Shown one piece after another: positions 28,179 through 38,035 of a stretch of 64,000 nucleotides of DNA. Both the position numbers and the translations under genes were made by a program. Each line of letters opens with the position of its first letter. The first letter of the stretch is position 1. This stretch comes from Bdellovibrionia bacterium (GTDB lineage Bacteria > Bdellovibrionota > UBA1018). The notes under the pieces were generated by a model. That model had not been told where the DNA came from and searched no databases. It saw only the letters and a list, made by a program, of their open reading frames with translations. The stretch is taken from positions 266,617-330,616 of the forward strand of contig JBBARP010000001.1 of the NCBI GenBank assembly GCA_040399745.1, in the 5' to 3' direction.

Positions 28179-29154
28179 AGTCCTCGTCACGGGTGCCAGC
28201 GGGTTTGTCGGAAGCGGCTTGATCGCAGAATTGAATCGACGAGGCATTCGGCCTCGCGCTCTTCTTCGAAAAAGTTCCGCCGTGACGAATCTGGCGGGCT
28301 TGGAATTTGACCGCGCCGAGGGCTCGCTCGGGGACGAGGCCTCGTTACGGGCCGCGGCTCGCGGCTGTGACGCTGTTTTTCACGTGGCGGGCGTTGTCAC
28401 CGCGTCTTCCGAGGCCGAGTTCCTGGAGCATAACGCGGTCGGAGCCGAAAGGCTGGCCCGAGCCGTGGCCGAAGAGTGTTCGGGGCTGGGACGCTTCGTG
28501 CTGGTGTCGAGCTTAGCGGCTGCGGGGCCGGCCGGGCCCGGCGCACCGCGTACGGAGAGCGAGCCAGAGGCGCCGGTGTCGGCCTACGGGCGCAGCAAGT
28601 GGGAGGGCGAGAAGCGAGTGCTGCAGTTCAGCGATCGCATTCCCATCACGGTCATTCGTCCGCCGATGGTTTATGGACCGCGCGATCAGGCCACCTTCCT
28701 TTTCGTCAAAAGCGTGAAAGGACGTTTGGTCCCGGCCTTTGAAAAATTCTACAGCGCCATTCATGTGGACGATCTGGTTCGCGGCATTGCCGACGCAGGA
28801 CTTGAGCCCGGACGCGCTTTGCCCTCGGGTGAGCGCCTGTTCCTGACTCGCGAGCAGGTGTTCAGCTACTCGGAAATGATGGAAGCGATCGGGGACTGCC
28901 TGGGGAAAAAGCCCATCGCCTTTCCGCTTCCGTTCCCCGTTCTGGCCGGGGTGGCGTGGGGCCTGGATGGCTTAGGGAAAATCACGGGTCGCACCTATCC
29001 GCTGAATCGCGACAAGCTGAACGAGATTCGCCCCGATCATTGGACTTGCTCCGGAGAGAAGGCGCGGAAGCTTCTCGGGTTTGAAGCCAAGCACGACATT
29101 CGTTCTGGCTGGGCAGATGCCGTTGCGTGGTACCGAAGCGCGGGCTGGATCTAA
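28174..29154 (+). CDS. NAD-dependent epimerase/dehydratase (extended SDR)
   Basis: MKVLVTGASGFVG, VFHVAG, VSSLAA, YGRSK, RPPMVYGP. Confidence 0.93.
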   Translation: MKVLVTGASGFVGSGLIAELNRRGIRPRALLRKSSAVTNLAGLEFDRAEGSLGDEASLRAAARGCDAVFHVAGVVTASSEAEFLEHNAVGAERLARAVAEECSGLGRFVLVSSLAAAGPAGPGAPRTESEPEAPVSAYGRSKWEGEKRVLQFSDRIPITVIRPPMVYGPRDQATFLFVKSVKGRLVPAFEKFYSAIHVDDLVRGIADAGLEPGRALPSGERLFLTREQVFSYSEMMEAIGDCLGKKPIAFPLPFPVLAGVAWGLDGLGKITGRTYPLNRDKLNEIRPDHWTCSGEKARKLLGFEAKHDIRSGWADAVAWYRSAGWI

Positions 29155-29161
29155 GCCAGGC

Positions 29162-29536
29162 TCAGGCCGGCTGGGGCGCAGTGGCTTCGCTGACGCCCGA
29201 AACGCAGCGCCCTTCAAAAGTGCAGCCGAAATCGAGTGCCACTCGCGGAGCACGGATGTTGCCGATCACGCGGCCCGTGCCGCTGACCGTGACTTTTCCT
29301 GTGGCCACTACGTCACCGCGGATAAAGCCGTCGATAGTGATCGTGTCGGCTTGGATATTTCCTTCGACCCAACCCGTTTCCGCAATCACGAGATGGCTTC
29401 CGGGAGCGGCATGCACTTCGCCAACCAAGGCTCCATGCACGCGAGCAAATTGCTCGAAGCGGATTTTCCCTTCGATACGCGAGCCCTCGGAAATCAAGGT
29501 CAGTCGGCTTTCAGAAACCCAGGCTTCGGATTTCAT
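29162..29536 (-). CDS. Bactofilin (polymer-forming cytoskeletal protein)
   Basis: TLISEGSRIEGKI..VHGALVGEV..LVIAETGWVEGNI..IDGFIRGDV..GRVIGNI..GCTFEGRC; ATGA overlap with upstream gene. Confidence 0.93.
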   Translation of the reverse strand: MKSEAWVSESRLTLISEGSRIEGKIRFEQFARVHGALVGEVHAAPGSHLVIAETGWVEGNIQADTITIDGFIRGDVVATGKVTVSGTGRVIGNIRAPRVALDFGCTFEGRCVSGVSEATAPQPA

Positions 29537-30381
29537 TTTGCTCCTCCGGAAGCTTCGCCTGCCGGGCGTCCGGGAACTCCCACTTTCACTTCGTAGAGAA
29601 GCTTTCCGGCCTGGCTCAGGATCATGACAGTGACTTCGGTAAAGGTATCGTCGGCATCGAGTGGTCCGAAATCGGCTTGAATGGGGCGCATCCGGCTGAC
29701 CGAGAAGAACTCCCCACGGAGCGGGTTGATCAGCGACTTGGCCTGGTTCGTGTCGAGAACGCCTTTCGGGTAAGCCATGAGCGTATCGGGTCCGCGCGCG
29801 AGAATCACGATTCGGCCTTGTTGGTTGCCGCCATCCTCCGCGATGTACTGAATGGCTGACCGTACTTGGAGCGTTCGACCTTTCCACGAAAGCTGGGGCG
29901 AGCTCAGGCGGAAGTTCAGGCCCGAAGGAACCTGCGATGCGATCGCGGGTGCTGTCGGCTGAGTGGGTTGAGCCAACGCGACGGTGGGCACAGGAGCCGG
30001 CGCGGTCGCTGGAACATTGGCTGCGACCACGGGCGCTGCTGCTGGGCTGGGCGCAGGTACTGGGGCGCCTGCAGAGGGCTGCGTGGGCGTCAAAGAAGTG
30101 GCGTCCTGAAGCGCAGTGGGATCGAGCTGAGCCAGGCGGTTCTTGATGGTTTGATTCTGGAGTTCGAGTTCGCGAACGCGCTCGGATTCGGTCCAGTGGT
30201 AACGGACGCCCCAATAGGTGGCGACTCCCAGCGAGATCGTAGTGATTCCGATGGCGCCGCCAAGCATCCAGCCCAGGCGCGTGAACCAAGCGACCGGCAG
30301 CTCAAACGAGCGCGAGACCAGATTGTCCTTCAGGACCAGAACGGTAACGTGCGCGTTAGATTCTTGGCGTTCCGGCGGCAT
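29533..30381 (-). CDS. Bitopic membrane protein: short cytoplasmic beta motif, TM, coiled coil, Pro/Ala linker, C-terminal beta domain
   Basis: VTVLVLKDNLVSRSFELP, TM helix, RVRELELQNQTIKNRL; coupled to bactofilin. Confidence 0.75.
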   Translation of the reverse strand: MPPERQESNAHVTVLVLKDNLVSRSFELPVAWFTRLGWMLGGAIGITTISLGVATYWGVRYHWTESERVRELELQNQTIKNRLAQLDPTALQDATSLTPTQPSAGAPVPAPSPAAAPVVAANVPATAPAPVPTVALAQPTQPTAPAIASQVPSGLNFRLSSPQLSWKGRTLQVRSAIQYIAEDGGNQQGRIVILARGPDTLMAYPKGVLDTNQAKSLINPLRGEFFSVSRMRPIQADFGPLDADDTFTEVTVMILSQAGKLLYEVKVGVPGRPAGEASGGAK

Positions 30382-30452
30382 GGCTTTGAAAACCTTAGCG
30401 ATTCGGATGGGGGGTGTCAACTTGCGGAGGACTTTGGCCGATAGGCACATCG
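30382..30452. promoter_or_regulatory. Overlapping divergent promoters (sigma70-like on minus, sigma28-like on plus)
   Basis: Minus TTGACA-N17-TAAGGT-N10-ATG(30381); plus TCAA(30417-20)-N16-GCCGATAG(30437-44)-N8-ATG(30453). Confidence 0.55.
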
Positions 30453-32117
30453 ATGAAGTTCATCTTCCTCAATCCCCATCCTGGGAACGACGCAGTCTGG
30501 ATCGAGTCAGCGCGCAAGCGCGGGGACATCTGTATCCCGGTGTCCACTCCCGCTCTTGCCGCTCAGGTGCTGCGTTTCCACGGCCGCTCGGTGGATTTCG
30601 CGATCATTCGGCGCGAGGGTCCGGGCGGCGAAGTCGATGAATCCGGCTTGGAGATGCTGGCTCGTCTGAAGCAGGATCCCGAGCAAGCCGACCTCCCGGT
30701 GATCGTGGTCTCCAGTTCCTGGAGTGATACCGATTTCATCGAGCATCAGAGTCGCCCAGAAGGGGCGCATGCCTACCTGAAATACCCGTTCCAAGAAGCG
30801 CAGCTCTACGCGGTTCTTGAGCGAATGTTCGGCGCCCAATTGCGAGTGGGCGCAGCCGAAGTTCTAATCGATGCGGGTCACGACTTCCTGCTCGAAGCAG
30901 TTGAAGCCATTCTTCCGCCAAAAGCGCAGCGCGAAGGCACTTCGATCCGGATGGAGATTCCGGAGTTCCCGAAGCCGCAGTATTCGGGGGGTGTCGCGCA
31001 GCCAGCCCCTGAGGCTTCCGTTGCCCGCAAACTCCAGCGGGTCCCTTCGACCGGCACGAGTGCTTCGGTTAACTTAGAATCCGAAGTCGAATCGCCGAAG
31101 AAACCCTCGGCTCCCGCTCGCACCAAGGCACCGGTTGTTGCGGCTCCCGAAAGAACTTCGAGTAGCGAGTCTGTGGAAGACGACTCGGTTGCGGCGCCTG
31201 CCATTCTTCAGACCGAACCACTGGATCAAGGCACCGGCTTCTCGGAATTGCCGCGTGAGCAAAGCGGCATCGATCAACTTCTTGCTGATAGTTTTCCGTA
31301 CCTGTTCCAGAGCGGTCGCCCCAAGAGCCCTTCCGAGGTAGCGGCCGAGATCATGAAGCATGCCTCGGGCACTGCTTATGACTTCACTCAGCCCGTGGGC
31401 GATGCGGTGGTCCCGGGTGGAGCGCATCACGCTCTCGACATCGAAACGCTGCGGAAGTACTTGTTCCTTCGGGAGCAGGATGTGGCCGCACTTTCAACCC
31501 AGCTCAAAGCCGTTCGCGAGCAGATGGAAGCGCTTGAAGCGACTCTTCATGAAGAAAAGGCTCGGAACGCTGAACTCGAACACACCATTACCGAACAGGC
31601 CGGACGGATCGCAGGTTTTGATCGCGAACGCCAAGAAGAAATGGATCGATTGGAAGCGCGTCTTCAAGATGAACGCGAAGAGAATCGCCGGCGCGCCGAA
31701 GAGGCTCGAGTTCTCAGTCAGCGCGTGAAAGAAGCGGAAGCCGACCGCATTCAGTTGAAAAGACGGGTGCGGGACGATTTGATTCGCGCGGTGCTGCGGG
31801 AGCGCGAAAAGAGCAATCGATATGAGATTTTGAAGAGGGATTTCGAAGCGCAGTTGGCTTCGAGGATGAACTTGATTACCGAATTGAAGCGCAAGGTCGA
31901 TACCTTGGAGTTCAACATGGACTTGGCCGAAGAGCGACTTCAGCGCGAGAAAGAAAACAACGCTCGGTTGAAGCAGAAACACGCGGAAGCCCTTCGGGCG
32001 CTTCGGATGGCCGGTGGGTTTTTGCAGACCGCAGAAGCCCAGGAATCTTCTGAAACTTCTGCCGAAGAGGGCGACGGAGCGACCTCCGACGACGACTCCG
32101 GCTTCCGGGTGGCATGA
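30453..32117 (+). CDS. Pseudo-receiver plus long coiled-coil protein (FrzS/AglZ-like architecture)
   Basis: Degenerate REC (GLEMLARLKQDPEQADLPVIVVSS..FIEHQSRPEGAHAYLKYPF), Pro/Ser linker, about 190 aa heptad coiled coil. Confidence 0.75.
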   Translation: MKFIFLNPHPGNDAVWIESARKRGDICIPVSTPALAAQVLRFHGRSVDFAIIRREGPGGEVDESGLEMLARLKQDPEQADLPVIVVSSSWSDTDFIEHQSRPEGAHAYLKYPFQEAQLYAVLERMFGAQLRVGAAEVLIDAGHDFLLEAVEAILPPKAQREGTSIRMEIPEFPKPQYSGGVAQPAPEASVARKLQRVPSTGTSASVNLESEVESPKKPSAPARTKAPVVAAPERTSSSESVEDDSVAAPAILQTEPLDQGTGFSELPREQSGIDQLLADSFPYLFQSGRPKSPSEVAAEIMKHASGTAYDFTQPVGDAVVPGGAHHALDIETLRKYLFLREQDVAALSTQLKAVREQMEALEATLHEEKARNAELEHTITEQAGRIAGFDRERQEEMDRLEARLQDEREENRRRAEEARVLSQRVKEAEADRIQLKRRVRDDLIRAVLREREKSNRYEILKRDFEAQLASRMNLITELKRKVDTLEFNMDLAEERLQREKENNARLKQKHAEALRALRMAGGFLQTAEAQESSETSAEEGDGATSDDDSGFRVA

Positions 32118-33526
32118 GGAGCGCAGTGGCTTCACCGCGGGTACTTCTGGTTCAGTCTGATCCCCGTCAAAGCGAGCTTTGGGCGTCTTTGATTCGCGAA
32201 GTGGGCGAGTGCCAGATCGATATCGTTGCTGATGCCGAAACCTCGTTTGAGTGGCTTGCGCGAACCGACTACCAGCTCTTGATTCTGGGGGCTCCAGTGG
32301 ACCTTTCAGAACTCTTGCTCAGGCGGGTCGAAGCCGTTCGTCGAAATAGTCCTGCAACGGCCGTGATCGTGGTCTCCGAACGCCCCACCTTGGAAGAGGC
32401 CGTCGCAGTCATTCGGATCGGAGCGGAAGATTATCTCGCTCATCCGTTCCCGCTCGATGCTTTCCGCCTCTCCGTCAAGCGGGGCCTCGATCGAAAGCTG
32501 GTATTGGGACAGGACGGAGTCGCAGGGGCTTACTTGGCCTTGGTCGACACTTGTCAGCTCATTTCTGGACTACTCGATGCCGAGCGAGTGCATGGCGTGG
32601 TGCGAAGTTTTCTGATGCGAGAGCTCCGGGCCCGTCACGCTTCCATTTATCGCCTGATAGACGGCAAGCCCGAACGTCTGGGTGACTCTATTGCGCCGAA
32701 TGGTACGAGCGATCGGGTTCTTGATGAAGTTTTGGATCTCGCCGTTCAAGCGGTTGCCGTCTTGCCAGGCATGGCCAGCGCCAGTGAAGGAGAACGCTCG
32801 ATTCCGAAGGGTGCGCTCTCTCCTGCTCTCTTTGTTTTTCGCTACCAAGCCTCCGATGGCACTGACTGCTTCTGTGTCTGTCTTTCGCCCGAATCGCCTG
32901 CCGACCCTTCGACCTTTGAGAGTCGCCTTCGGCTTTTGCGGGCTCAGCTCGAAGTGACGTTTCGAAACATCGAGCGTTATCAGGGCGTGGAAAAGCTGGT
33001 TTACACCGACGAAGCTACGGGACTTTACAACACGCGCTACCTTTACTCGCTTCTCGAACGTGAAATCGATCGTTCCCGGGCCGAAGGGCAATCGTTTGCG
33101 ATTCTTTTTGTGGATGGCGATCACTTCAAGTCGATCAATGATCGCTTTGGCCACCAAGCCGGCACGCAAGTTTTGAATGAGCTCGGTGGTCTTCTGAAGG
33201 GCTGGGTCAGGGCCCACGACAGCGTGTTCCGCTACGGTGGCGATGAGTTCGTCGCTGTTTTGTCGCGCTGTAATTGGTCAGTGGCACAGTCGGTGGCTGA
33301 GCGAATTCGCTTAGCGGTAGAAAAGCACGCATTCATTCCAGAGCGAAGCGAGCCCATTCGGCTCACTGTATCCATCGGGGTTGCCCTTTTCCCGGATCAC
33401 GCGGATTCCGTGCGAGCCGTCATCGATGCCGCTGATCATGCGATGTACTCGGCGAAACGGACTACGCGAAATAGCGTCTTCATGGCCGAAATGCCGGTCT
33501 CGCCGGAGAAGGGAACTTCTTCGTGA
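32114..33526 (+). CDS. REC-GGDEF diguanylate cyclase
   Basis: TDEATGLYN, DGDHFKSINDRFGHQAG, RAHD I-site, RYGGDEF, LTVSIGVA, ADHAMYSAK. Confidence 0.95.
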   Translation: MRSAVASPRVLLVQSDPRQSELWASLIREVGECQIDIVADAETSFEWLARTDYQLLILGAPVDLSELLLRRVEAVRRNSPATAVIVVSERPTLEEAVAVIRIGAEDYLAHPFPLDAFRLSVKRGLDRKLVLGQDGVAGAYLALVDTCQLISGLLDAERVHGVVRSFLMRELRARHASIYRLIDGKPERLGDSIAPNGTSDRVLDEVLDLAVQAVAVLPGMASASEGERSIPKGALSPALFVFRYQASDGTDCFCVCLSPESPADPSTFESRLRLLRAQLEVTFRNIERYQGVEKLVYTDEATGLYNTRYLYSLLEREIDRSRAEGQSFAILFVDGDHFKSINDRFGHQAGTQVLNELGGLLKGWVRAHDSVFRYGGDEFVAVLSRCNWSVAQSVAERIRLAVEKHAFIPERSEPIRLTVSIGVALFPDHADSVRAVIDAADHAMYSAKRTTRNSVFMAEMPVSPEKGTSS

Positions 33527-34641
33527 GTGACTCCCAAGGCTCCGCGCGCCCGCGCTATAAATTGGTCGTCAGTGATTTTCACCTGGGGAAGGGTCGCCAC
33601 TTCCGCGATGGTTCGCAGAACCTCCTGGAAGACTTCGTTTACGATCGTGAGTTCGCCGATTTTTTGGACTACCACCGCTTGGGCGAGTTCAAGGACGCTG
33701 AGGTTGAACTGATCCTGAATGGCGATTTCTTGAACCTCCTTCAGATTGATGATTGGGGCATTCATACGCATTTGATCACTGAGCGTGCGACGGCTCGCGC
33801 AGTCGAAAGAATTGTCAAAGGGCATCCCGAGCTCTTTCAGGCGCTTCGTCGTTGGGCGCTGACTCCGGGGCACTCCATTGCTTACGTCGTCGGGAATCAC
33901 GATGTCGGGATGCTCTGGCACGCTCCCCGCCGCGCTTTCTCAGCCGCTTGTGGCGCGGAAGTCGCGTTTCATGATGTGTCCTACGAGTTCGACGGTGTTC
34001 ACGTCGAGCACGGTCAACAGTATGAGCGTTTTGCTCGAATCAATATGGAACGCCCTTTCATTACGAAGGGCTTGCCCGAGCCTGTTTTAGATCTTCCCTG
34101 GGGTTCGCTGTTTGTGGCGGTTGTTTTGCCGGGGATCAAGCAAGAGCGTCCGCATGTGGACAAAGTTCGCCCGTTCCGCTCGTTCCTGCAGTGGTGCCTT
34201 TTGAACGATCCTTGGTGGGGCGTCCGGACCGGCTTCCGAATTGTTCGCTTCGTTCTGGAAACCATTCTCTTCAAGTCGCGCTTTCATATTCGGCACGGCG
34301 TAGGGGCGACCTGGAGTCTTCTTCGGGAAATTTCGCTCTATCCGAGTTACGACCGAATCGCGTTTCGGATCTTGGAAGAGTTTCCTGACATTCACACCGT
34401 GATTTTCGGCCATACCCATGTGCTTCGCTACCGGCAGTGGCATGAAGGCAAAGAGTACTTCAATGAAGGCAGCTGGAACGAAGTGACGGTCCTGGAGCTG
34501 GGTGAATACGGGACCCGAGTTCGATTCACCTACGCATTCATCGAGTATGGCCAAAAGCTCGAGGATGGAACCTATCGGCCCAAAACCCGTTTGAAGGAAT
34601 GGAAAGGGGTTTGGCGCGCAGATATTGAGGTCCTGACTTGA
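33523..34641 (+). CDS. Calcineurin-like metallophosphoesterase (LpxH-like possible)
   Basis: VSDFHLG, LNGDFL, GNHD, EHG, FGHTH. Confidence 0.88.
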   Translation: MSDSQGSARPRYKLVVSDFHLGKGRHFRDGSQNLLEDFVYDREFADFLDYHRLGEFKDAEVELILNGDFLNLLQIDDWGIHTHLITERATARAVERIVKGHPELFQALRRWALTPGHSIAYVVGNHDVGMLWHAPRRAFSAACGAEVAFHDVSYEFDGVHVEHGQQYERFARINMERPFITKGLPEPVLDLPWGSLFVAVVLPGIKQERPHVDKVRPFRSFLQWCLLNDPWWGVRTGFRIVRFVLETILFKSRFHIRHGVGATWSLLREISLYPSYDRIAFRILEEFPDIHTVIFGHTHVLRYRQWHEGKEYFNEGSWNEVTVLELGEYGTRVRFTYAFIEYGQKLEDGTYRPKTRLKEWKGVWRADIEVLT

Positions 34642-34672
34642 TTCCCTTTCGACTGTCCTCTAAATTTTCCAG
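34638..34672 (+). promoter_or_regulatory. Sigma70-type promoter of kdsB, leaderless configuration
   Basis: TTGATT-N17-TAAATT-N6-ATG; no SD. Confidence 0.6.
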
Positions 34673-35416
34673 ATGAAGAAAATTCTCGTCATCCCCGCGC
34701 GTTTCAACTCCTCGCGACTTCCCGGCAAGCCATTGGCCGATGTGGTGGGGAAGCCCCTGATTCAGCGAGTTTTCGAGCGGGCCAAGTTGGTGAAGGGCTT
34801 TGATCGCTTGGTTTTGGCAGTAGACGACGAACGAGTCGAGGCAGCCGCCAAGTCCTTTGGGGCAGAAGTGATGATGACCGACCCCAATCTGGCATCGGGA
34901 ACCGATCGCGTGGCAGCAGTGGCCGAGAAGATTGAGGGCGACCTATTTGTGAACTTTCAGGGCGACGAGCCTCTCCTGTCGCCCCAGGCGGTAGAAGCAG
35001 CAGCGGCGCTGGTAGCATCAGGCAAGTTCGGTATGGGGACTGTGATGACCCCGATTCGCGCGATGGAAGATCTGTGGGCTCGGTCCGTGGTGAAAGTCCT
35101 GGTTGATGCGCAGGGTCGAGCTTTGTACTTCTCGCGCCTTCCTATTCCTTACGGAAAGGTTTCAGGGCCCGCCCCTGGCGAGTCCTTTATTTGCCGCAAG
35201 CACCTTGGGGTCTATGCCTACGACCGCGCGACTTTGTTCCGGGTGCGGGATCTTCCGGAAGGAAGCCTAGAGAAGGCAGAAAAACTGGAGCAGTTGAGGG
35301 CTCTGGAGGCCGGAATCCCCATCGGGGTGGCCGAAGGGGATTACTCGTCCATCGGGGTGGATACTTTTGAGGATCTAGAAAAGGTCCGCAAGCACATCAC
35401 CGCTTTTGGTGTATAA
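34673..35416 (+). CDS. kdsB: 3-deoxy-manno-octulosonate cytidylyltransferase
   Basis: [42 protein letters not shown]. Confidence 0.97.
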   Translation: MKKILVIPARFNSSRLPGKPLADVVGKPLIQRVFERAKLVKGFDRLVLAVDDERVEAAAKSFGAEVMMTDPNLASGTDRVAAVAEKIEGDLFVNFQGDEPLLSPQAVEAAAALVASGKFGMGTVMTPIRAMEDLWARSVVKVLVDAQGRALYFSRLPIPYGKVSGPAPGESFICRKHLGVYAYDRATLFRVRDLPEGSLEKAEKLEQLRALEAGIPIGVAEGDYSSIGVDTFEDLEKVRKHITAFGV

Positions 35417-35426
35417 GAAGGCCCCG

Positions 35427-37106
35427 ATGGCCAAACAGAAAAAATACATCTTCGTCACGGGCGGCGTTTTGTCGTCTATCGGGAAGGGAATTGCCGCAGC
35501 CTCCATTGGGATGCTGATGGAGCAGCGCGGAATCCGCGTGACCATGATCAAGATGGATCCCTACTTGAATGTGGATCCGGGGACGATGAGTCCGTTTCAG
35601 CACGGGGAAGTCTTCGTTCTGGATGACGGCGCCGAGACGGATTTGGACTTGGGGCATTACAGCCGTTTCGTGCAGTCCGCTCATTTTACGCGGAAGAACA
35701 GTTTCACCACGGGCCGCATTTACGACACCGTGATTCGCCGCGAACGGGCAGGCGGGTATCTGGGAAAAACGGTTCAGGTCATCCCCCATATTACCGACGA
35801 AATTAAGCGTCACATCCGGGATGCTGCCGAAGGCTCGGATCTAGCCATTGTCGAAGTGGGCGGGACGGTCGGCGACATCGAAGGGCTGCCTTTCCTGGAA
35901 GCTATTCGCCAGATGCGTGCTGACGAAGGCGTCTCCAACGTTCTTTTCGTTCACCTCACTTTGGTGCCGTTCATCGGCGCAGCGGGCGAGTTGAAGACCA
36001 AGCCCACGCAGCATTCTGTGAAAGAGCTTCGCGAGATCGGGATTCAGCCCGACATTCTCCTGTGCCGCTCAGACCGCGCACTTCCTCAGGACGTCAAAGA
36101 AAAGATCGGATCTTTCTGCAACGTGCCGGGTGATCAAGTTTTCAGCGCGAAGGATGTCTCTTCGATTTACGAAGTGCCGCTTTGCTACAGCGAAGAGGGT
36201 TTGGACGAGAAAGTGGCCGAGCGCTTGGGGATCTGGAGCGGACGCCCCGATCTTTCGAAGTGGCAAGCCATGGTCGAGCGCATTCGGAGTCCCAAAGGGG
36301 AGCTCACGATCGGCATTGTTGGGAAGTACACCGACTGGCGGGACAGTTATAAGTCCCTGTCTGAAGCTTTGGTTCACGGCGGCGTTGCGAACGACGTTCG
36401 AGTGTCGATGGTTTACATCGATTCCGAAGAGCTCGAAAAGGGCACGAACCTGGATCTGCTTCGCAAAGTCGATGGCATTTTGGTTCCCGGTGGATTCGGC
36501 GAACGCGGCGTGGAAGGAAAAATCCGCGCGGCTCAGTTTGCGCGCACGGAAGGAATCCCTTACTTCGGCATTTGCTTGGGGATGCAGATTCTCGTCATCG
36601 AATACGCTCGAAACGTCTGCGGCCTGAAGAAAGCCAACTCGGCTGAATTCGCGCCAAACGGAACCGAGAACGTCATCGACCTGATGGACTCCCAAAAAGC
36701 GGTCACCGACATGGGTGGCACCATGCGTTTGGGCGCTTACCCGTGTCAGATCCTGCCGAAATCGAATTCGAAACCCACGCGGGCTTTTCAGGCTTACGGC
36801 AAAGAACAGATCACCGAGCGCCATCGCCACCGTTTTGAGGTGTCCAACGCTTTCCGGCCGGTCCTTGAGGAAAAGGGCCTTCTGGTCAGCGGACGGTTCA
36901 AGAACCAGCAAACCGGGGAAGAGCTTGTGGAGATGTGTGAACTGCCCTCGCATCCTTGGATGCTGGGTTGCCAGTTCCACCCGGAATTCCTTTCGAAGCC
37001 GCTCCAGCCGCATCCTCTTTTTGCGGCTTTTATCCAAGCCTCCAAAGAGCTGGGTAAGGGCGCACAGCGACCGCTTCCGGGCATTCAGCTTCCCACCACG
37101 CACTGA
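35427..37106 (+). CDS. pyrG: CTP synthase
   Basis: [56 protein letters not shown]. Confidence 0.99.
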   Translation: MAKQKKYIFVTGGVLSSIGKGIAAASIGMLMEQRGIRVTMIKMDPYLNVDPGTMSPFQHGEVFVLDDGAETDLDLGHYSRFVQSAHFTRKNSFTTGRIYDTVIRRERAGGYLGKTVQVIPHITDEIKRHIRDAAEGSDLAIVEVGGTVGDIEGLPFLEAIRQMRADEGVSNVLFVHLTLVPFIGAAGELKTKPTQHSVKELREIGIQPDILLCRSDRALPQDVKEKIGSFCNVPGDQVFSAKDVSSIYEVPLCYSEEGLDEKVAERLGIWSGRPDLSKWQAMVERIRSPKGELTIGIVGKYTDWRDSYKSLSEALVHGGVANDVRVSMVYIDSEELEKGTNLDLLRKVDGILVPGGFGERGVEGKIRAAQFARTEGIPYFGICLGMQILVIEYARNVCGLKKANSAEFAPNGTENVIDLMDSQKAVTDMGGTMRLGAYPCQILPKSNSKPTRAFQAYGKEQITERHRHRFEVSNAFRPVLEEKGLLVSGRFKNQQTGEELVEMCELPSHPWMLGCQFHPEFLSKPLQPHPLFAAFIQASKELGKGAQRPLPGIQLPTTH

Positions 37107-37150
37107 GGCATTTCTTGAAAAGCTTCGCGTGACCGGGATACGTAACGGGC

Positions 37151-38029
37151 ATGATGAAGCTTGCTCCGATGACCCTGATTGCTGGTCCTTGTGTGATCGA
37201 AGACGAAGGTTTGATCCTGGAAGTGGCCCAAGAGCTGAAACGCCAGCTCGAAGGACTTCCGCTTCGCCTCTACTTCAAAGCGTCGTTCGATAAGGCCAAT
37301 CGCACTTCGATCGAAGGTTACCGCGGGCCGGGAATGAAAGAGGGCTTGCGCCTCTTGGATCAACTCAAGGCCAAAACCGGGTTGCCGCTTTTGACGGATT
37401 TTCATTCGCCCGATCAAGCTGAACCGGTTGCTGAAGTGGTCGACTTCCTCCAGGTGCCGGCATTCTTGTGCCGTCAAACCGACATGATCTTGGCGGCCGG
37501 CCAAGCTTGTTTGAAGCATGGAGCGCGGCTGAATGTGAAAAAGGGTCAGTTTTTGGCCCCGTGGGATGCCAAGAACATCGTCGGCAAAGTCCGCGAAGTG
37601 GTCGAGATTCAGCGACGGGACGGCAAGCTGCGTTCTGAGCCGGATGCGGACTGGTTCTGCCTGACCGAGCGTGGAACGAGCTTCGGCTACAACACCCTGG
37701 TTGTGGACATGGTTTCCTTCCAGGCCATGAAGGCATTCGGCGCCCCGGTGATCTATGATGCCACTCACTCGATTCAGTCGCCTGGAGCGGGCGCAGGTGG
37801 AAAATCGACCGGCGGGAAGCGGGAGTACCTGGAGGTGCTTGCGCGGGCCGCGATGGCTGCTGGGGCGGATGGCCTGTTTATGGAGTGCCACCCTCGTCCG
37901 GCGCAGGCTAAGAGTGACGGACCCAATGCGTTCTATCTCGAACACGTGGGGACCTTTGTTCGGCAGCTGCTGAAGATTCGAGAAACGGTTGCCGAGATGC
38001 CCAAACTTTTGCCCGAGGCCAAAGCCTGA
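37151..38029 (+). CDS. kdsA: KDO 8-phosphate synthase
   Basis: IAGPCVIE, KASFDKANRTS, PAFLCRQTD, KKGQFLAP, ERGTSFGY, DATHS, SDGPN. Confidence 0.98.
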   Translation: MMKLAPMTLIAGPCVIEDEGLILEVAQELKRQLEGLPLRLYFKASFDKANRTSIEGYRGPGMKEGLRLLDQLKAKTGLPLLTDFHSPDQAEPVAEVVDFLQVPAFLCRQTDMILAAGQACLKHGARLNVKKGQFLAPWDAKNIVGKVREVVEIQRRDGKLRSEPDADWFCLTERGTSFGYNTLVVDMVSFQAMKAFGAPVIYDATHSIQSPGAGAGGKSTGGKREYLEVLARAAMAAGADGLFMECHPRPAQAKSDGPNAFYLEHVGTFVRQLLKIRETVAEMPKLLPEAKA

Positions 38030-38035
38030 TGCAGA

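Noticed and set aside
29537..30289. Long ORF upstream of bactofilin suggesting a fusion or frameshift
   Set aside because: Alternative frame of 29533-30381 with low-complexity translation; ATGA coupling explains the 29536 start
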